Shown here: positions 17,376-20,000 of the stretch, piece by piece
Position numbering within the stretch: the first letter of the stretch is position 1
Layout: the number at the start of each line of letters is the position of its first letter
DNA from: Sanchytrium tribonematis
Taxonomy: Eukaryota
Direction: 5' to 3'
DNA length: 20,000 nucleotides
Assembly (NCBI GenBank): GCA_018985235.1
Contig: JADGIG010000008.1
Coordinates: 44,581 to 64,580, forward strand
Notes under the pieces: model-generated
Database searches by the model: none
The model's input: only the letters and a program-made list of their open reading frames with translations
What the model was told of the DNA's origin: nothing
Program-made: the position numbers and the translations under genes

Positions 17376-19767
17376 TTAATCTATCTCAGGCTCTTCGTTT
17401 TCCTTTTTATCAACTTGTTCCAAAAATTGCAGCCTTCGCTTTCGAAGTTCCTCTGCACTCACATTTTGTTGTACAGGTATAGTTTGTTCAATGTTTTCTA
17501 TTAAAACAGGATCCACCTCAGAATTTTGAAGCGTTTCCTCGATTGGGGAATTTTGTATTGGCTCAGGAGTTGGCATTTGCTCATTTTCTTGCAATCTTTG
17601 ACGCTGTTGTTCTCTCATCTGTTCTAAAAGCGAATTAAGCCTTGCGTTGGATTGCACTTCAACGACAGGCACATCGTTAGTAGGCGCTCGCAGCTGAACC
17701 TGATTTCTCCTTCTAATATAGAAAAGGTATCCACTTACAAGTATTAAAGCAAAAAATATTAAATTGTCCATCCCAGCGGAGGAAGACCCAAAAAACATAT
17801 TTTCTAAAGTTGAAAACCCATCATTGTAATTATTACGCTTCCATGTTGGTGTGCGCATTTCATCAATTTCCCAATCAATCTCCTCAGTTTTGTGCTGCTT
17901 AGAAATGGGCAATTCCTCTTCCACTACTTCTTCAGACTCTTCAGAATTGTTTTGAAAGTATTTAAGAAAGTCATTCCAACTCCATCGCAGACGAAGTTTC
18001 AAATTTGATAATGAGACAACAAGCCATGTGTCCTTGTTGTATTCGTATGCAAGGTCATAAAACCTCATTGCCATATTAAAATCCTGCTTGACACCTATGC
18101 CATTTTCATACATATACCCAATATTCCATGCTGCGTAGGAACTCCGGCTTTCGGATGCCGCTTTATAATATTCGAAGGCTTGCTGCCTATCTTCTTCAAT
18201 GCCATTTCCGTTATAATGATAATCACCTGCTTTAATTCTCGCATCCACATTACCCTGATTTGCAGCGCGGTGAAACGAAAGCAGAGCTAAATTTTTCAAG
18301 TTCTGGGTGATATTTGATTGCTTGATCTCTTCTTTATCAATTAGATATGCAAGGTTCACCTGCGCAAGCTCAATTCCCATTTCAGACGCCAATAAGTAAT
18401 TGATTAAGGCATTTTCTAAATTGTCTTTGGTTAAAGAATCGTAGGCTTTGACTGTATACGGAAAAAACCATTCATACCCTGTTTCGGCAACTTTCTTGAA
18501 CAACTAAATTAAAATTAATTACACTAACTGCTTGTTTGCAATCGGCACTGACACCATATCCATTTTGTACCATGTCGCCAAGTAAAAATGAAGCCTGAAC
18601 ATTGCCAAGATGTGACGCAATATTAAGGTAATTACTCGCACTGATGTAGTCCTTATTTTCCTTATGATGCTTCCCAAGTCTTGTGAGACCAAACGCGTCT
18701 TGTCGTTCAGCGGCCTTTCCATACATTTCTAAGGCTTTCTTCATGTTTGGCGATGTACTAAGTCCATATTCATACATATAACCTAAACCTGAAAATGCCA
18801 TACCTTCTCCGATATCTGCTCCCTTGGTAAACCATGAAAAAGCTTGTTCGTTATTCTTCTCTACAAATTCACCTCTGAGGTACATTCTGCCCAACATTGC
18901 AGCACTTTTACCTGCAAAAAGTCTATCTTTTCGTCTCATATAAGCATCTTCTTCATCTTCGGAGTCTTCTGGCTTTTCTACTGCTGTTGCAGCCTTTTTG
19001 AAATACATAAAAGCAATTTGATAATTTTGCTTGAAGTTTTGTAAACCTTGATAAAAAACTTGACCAAGCAAAAATTGAGACGATATATCGCCTGATTCGG
19101 CAAGCATTTTTGAATAATCAATAATATCATCCTCGGATATCCCAGAACTATCGTCTCCAAATATTCTGTCATTTGGTTTATAATGTGAGATGTGTCCATA
19201 AATTCCTCCATCTGCCGCTTCTAAATGTACTGGTAGTGGAGGATATAAAGTTCCTAATGGCGGTCCATCAACACGATGTTTAACAACAATTTTAGCAGCT
19301 GCTTTGTAATATTGTAAAGATTTCGAACAAGATTCCTTCACGCCTATTCCATGTGAATATCTATACCCCATTGACATAAGTGAGGGTAGGTATCTATCTC
19401 TGGAAGACAAGGCAAGGTGAATTAAAGATTGCTGAATAGAATTTTCTTCACTTATTATTTTTGAAGATAAGAAAACGCCCTTAATGAAATGCCCATAAGG
19501 ATGGCCATCTTTTGCCAAAATAGTTGAAATCTCGTAAACCTTGTTGTAGTCATGTTTTGTATATAAATAGTAATCCAAAACTGTTTCCAAGCTTTTGACA
19601 TGTTGGTAATGATCATAATTTTGCTTTAATTCCTCCAGTGCCAGCTTAGGATTGACCGTCAGTAAATCTTTATTCTTGAGATATTCTTGTTCTGATAATT
19701 CTTTGGAGTCCTGTACAGGTACCAGATCAGTCGCAAATATCAAAATACTGAACAAAATAATTTTCAT
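17376..19767 (-). CDS. HRD3: ERAD adaptor Hrd3/SEL1L (signal peptide, Sel1-like repeats, C-terminal TM, cytosolic tail); exons 19767-18523 and 18503-17376, 790 aa
   Basis: Signal peptide MKIILFSILIFA; many Sel1 repeats (MGYRYSHGIGVKESCSKSLQYY, LGRMYLRGEFVEKN, AANQGNVDARIKAGDYHYNG, IGYMYENGIGVKQDFNMAMRFYD); TM NLIFFALILVSGYLFYI followed by RRR. The splice yields CKQAVS-LFKKVAETG. Confidence 0.93.
18504..18522 (-). other. 19-nt spliceosomal intron in HRD3 (GTAATTAATTTTAATTTAG), phase 0
   Basis: GT...AG on the minus strand. Excision fuses ORFs 18472..19767 and 17376..18503 and gives the conserved C..A..LFK.VAE.G Sel1 motif. Confidence 0.93.
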
Positions 19768-19949
19768 TGGTTTCAGAAATTAAATTTTTATTAGACTTGA
19801 AATAAGTCTTTCAAAAACTTGATGGTGTCATCTGGAGATCGAACAGTATATCCTTTAACTCTTTTATCAGAGTAGATTTCGTAATCATTTCCGCCCTTTT
19901 CGGTTTTGTCACCAAAAAAATAAATTTCCTTAAATCCTTCTTTCTCAAC

Positions 19950-20000
19950 ATGACGCAAGCAGTAAGTTTTATCCCATCTAAATGAAACAAGTATACCCTG
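19950..20000 (+). CDS. Possible 5' end of the next gene (ATG ACG CAA GCA, then a GTAAGT splice donor)
   Basis: The ATG follows a pyrimidine-rich leader (TAAATTTCCTTAAATCCTTCTTTCTCAAC) 182 bp from the HRD3 start, a spacing like the other divergent pairs. A canonical GTAAGT sits at 19962. The unspliced frame stops after 11 codons. Confidence 0.3.

Noticed and set aside
2873..19211. Many short antisense or alternate-frame ORFs in the ORF track (for example 2873..3292, 5899..6303, 12900..13259)
   Set aside because: They are shadows of well-supported genes, many rely on non-ATG starts, and they show no recognisable motifs.
16335..19767. GET3 and HRD3 as frameshifted pseudogenes, split genes or programmed-frameshift sites (and SPF1 as C-terminally truncated)
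   Set aside because: Each break is resolved exactly by a 19-nt GT-AG intron with a shared consensus, and the recognisable conserved motifs are intact.
2178..19767. Functional cluster of ER membrane-protein quality-control genes (SPF1, GET3, HRD3)
   Set aside because: They are interspersed with unrelated housekeeping genes. Co-location is plausible by chance in a gene-dense genome, and I have no synteny evidence.
1..20000. Non-standard genetic code, nucleomorph origin or prokaryotic origin
   Set aside because: Long conserved ORFs are uninterrupted in the standard code and end in TAA, TAG or TGA at expected positions. A mitochondrial ribosomal protein and ER/ERAD genes indicate an ordinary eukaryotic nucleus. 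No CRISPR array, tRNA, rRNA or transposon signature was seen.

Overview
This is eukaryotic nuclear DNA from an extremely compact, AT-rich genome that uses the standard genetic code (TAA, TAG and TGA all serve as stops). About 13 genes are packed into 20 kb, mostly 10-65 bp apart, with about 150-195 bp between divergent pairs. In order: a partial WRN/EXD-type 3'-5' exonuclease, phosducin-like PLP2, an unknown membrane-anchored protein, the P5A-ATPase SPF1, a candidate 45-aa microprotein, a CSC1/OSCA channel, CTU1/NCS6, an animal-type 12-TM two-domain adenylyl cyclase, parvulin PIN4, mitochondrial bL27, an ankyrin/coiled-coil protein, GET3 and HRD3/SEL1L. The proteins look like those of an early-diverging fungus or close relative; this is my inference from the sequences, not a database result. 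The main finding is that the apparent truncation or frameshift in each of SPF1, GET3 and HRD3 is repaired exactly by a 19-nt GT-AG intron. All three introns share the consensus GTAAWT-N4-TTMAYTTAG, with an invariant A six bases from the 3' end, which points to an ultra-short, fixed-length spliceosomal intron system. Other highlights are a p97/Cdc48-binding (VBM-like) motif on the HRD3 tail, loss of the GET3 CxxC zinc clasp, and an unannotated sORF that fills the SPF1-CSC1 gap.
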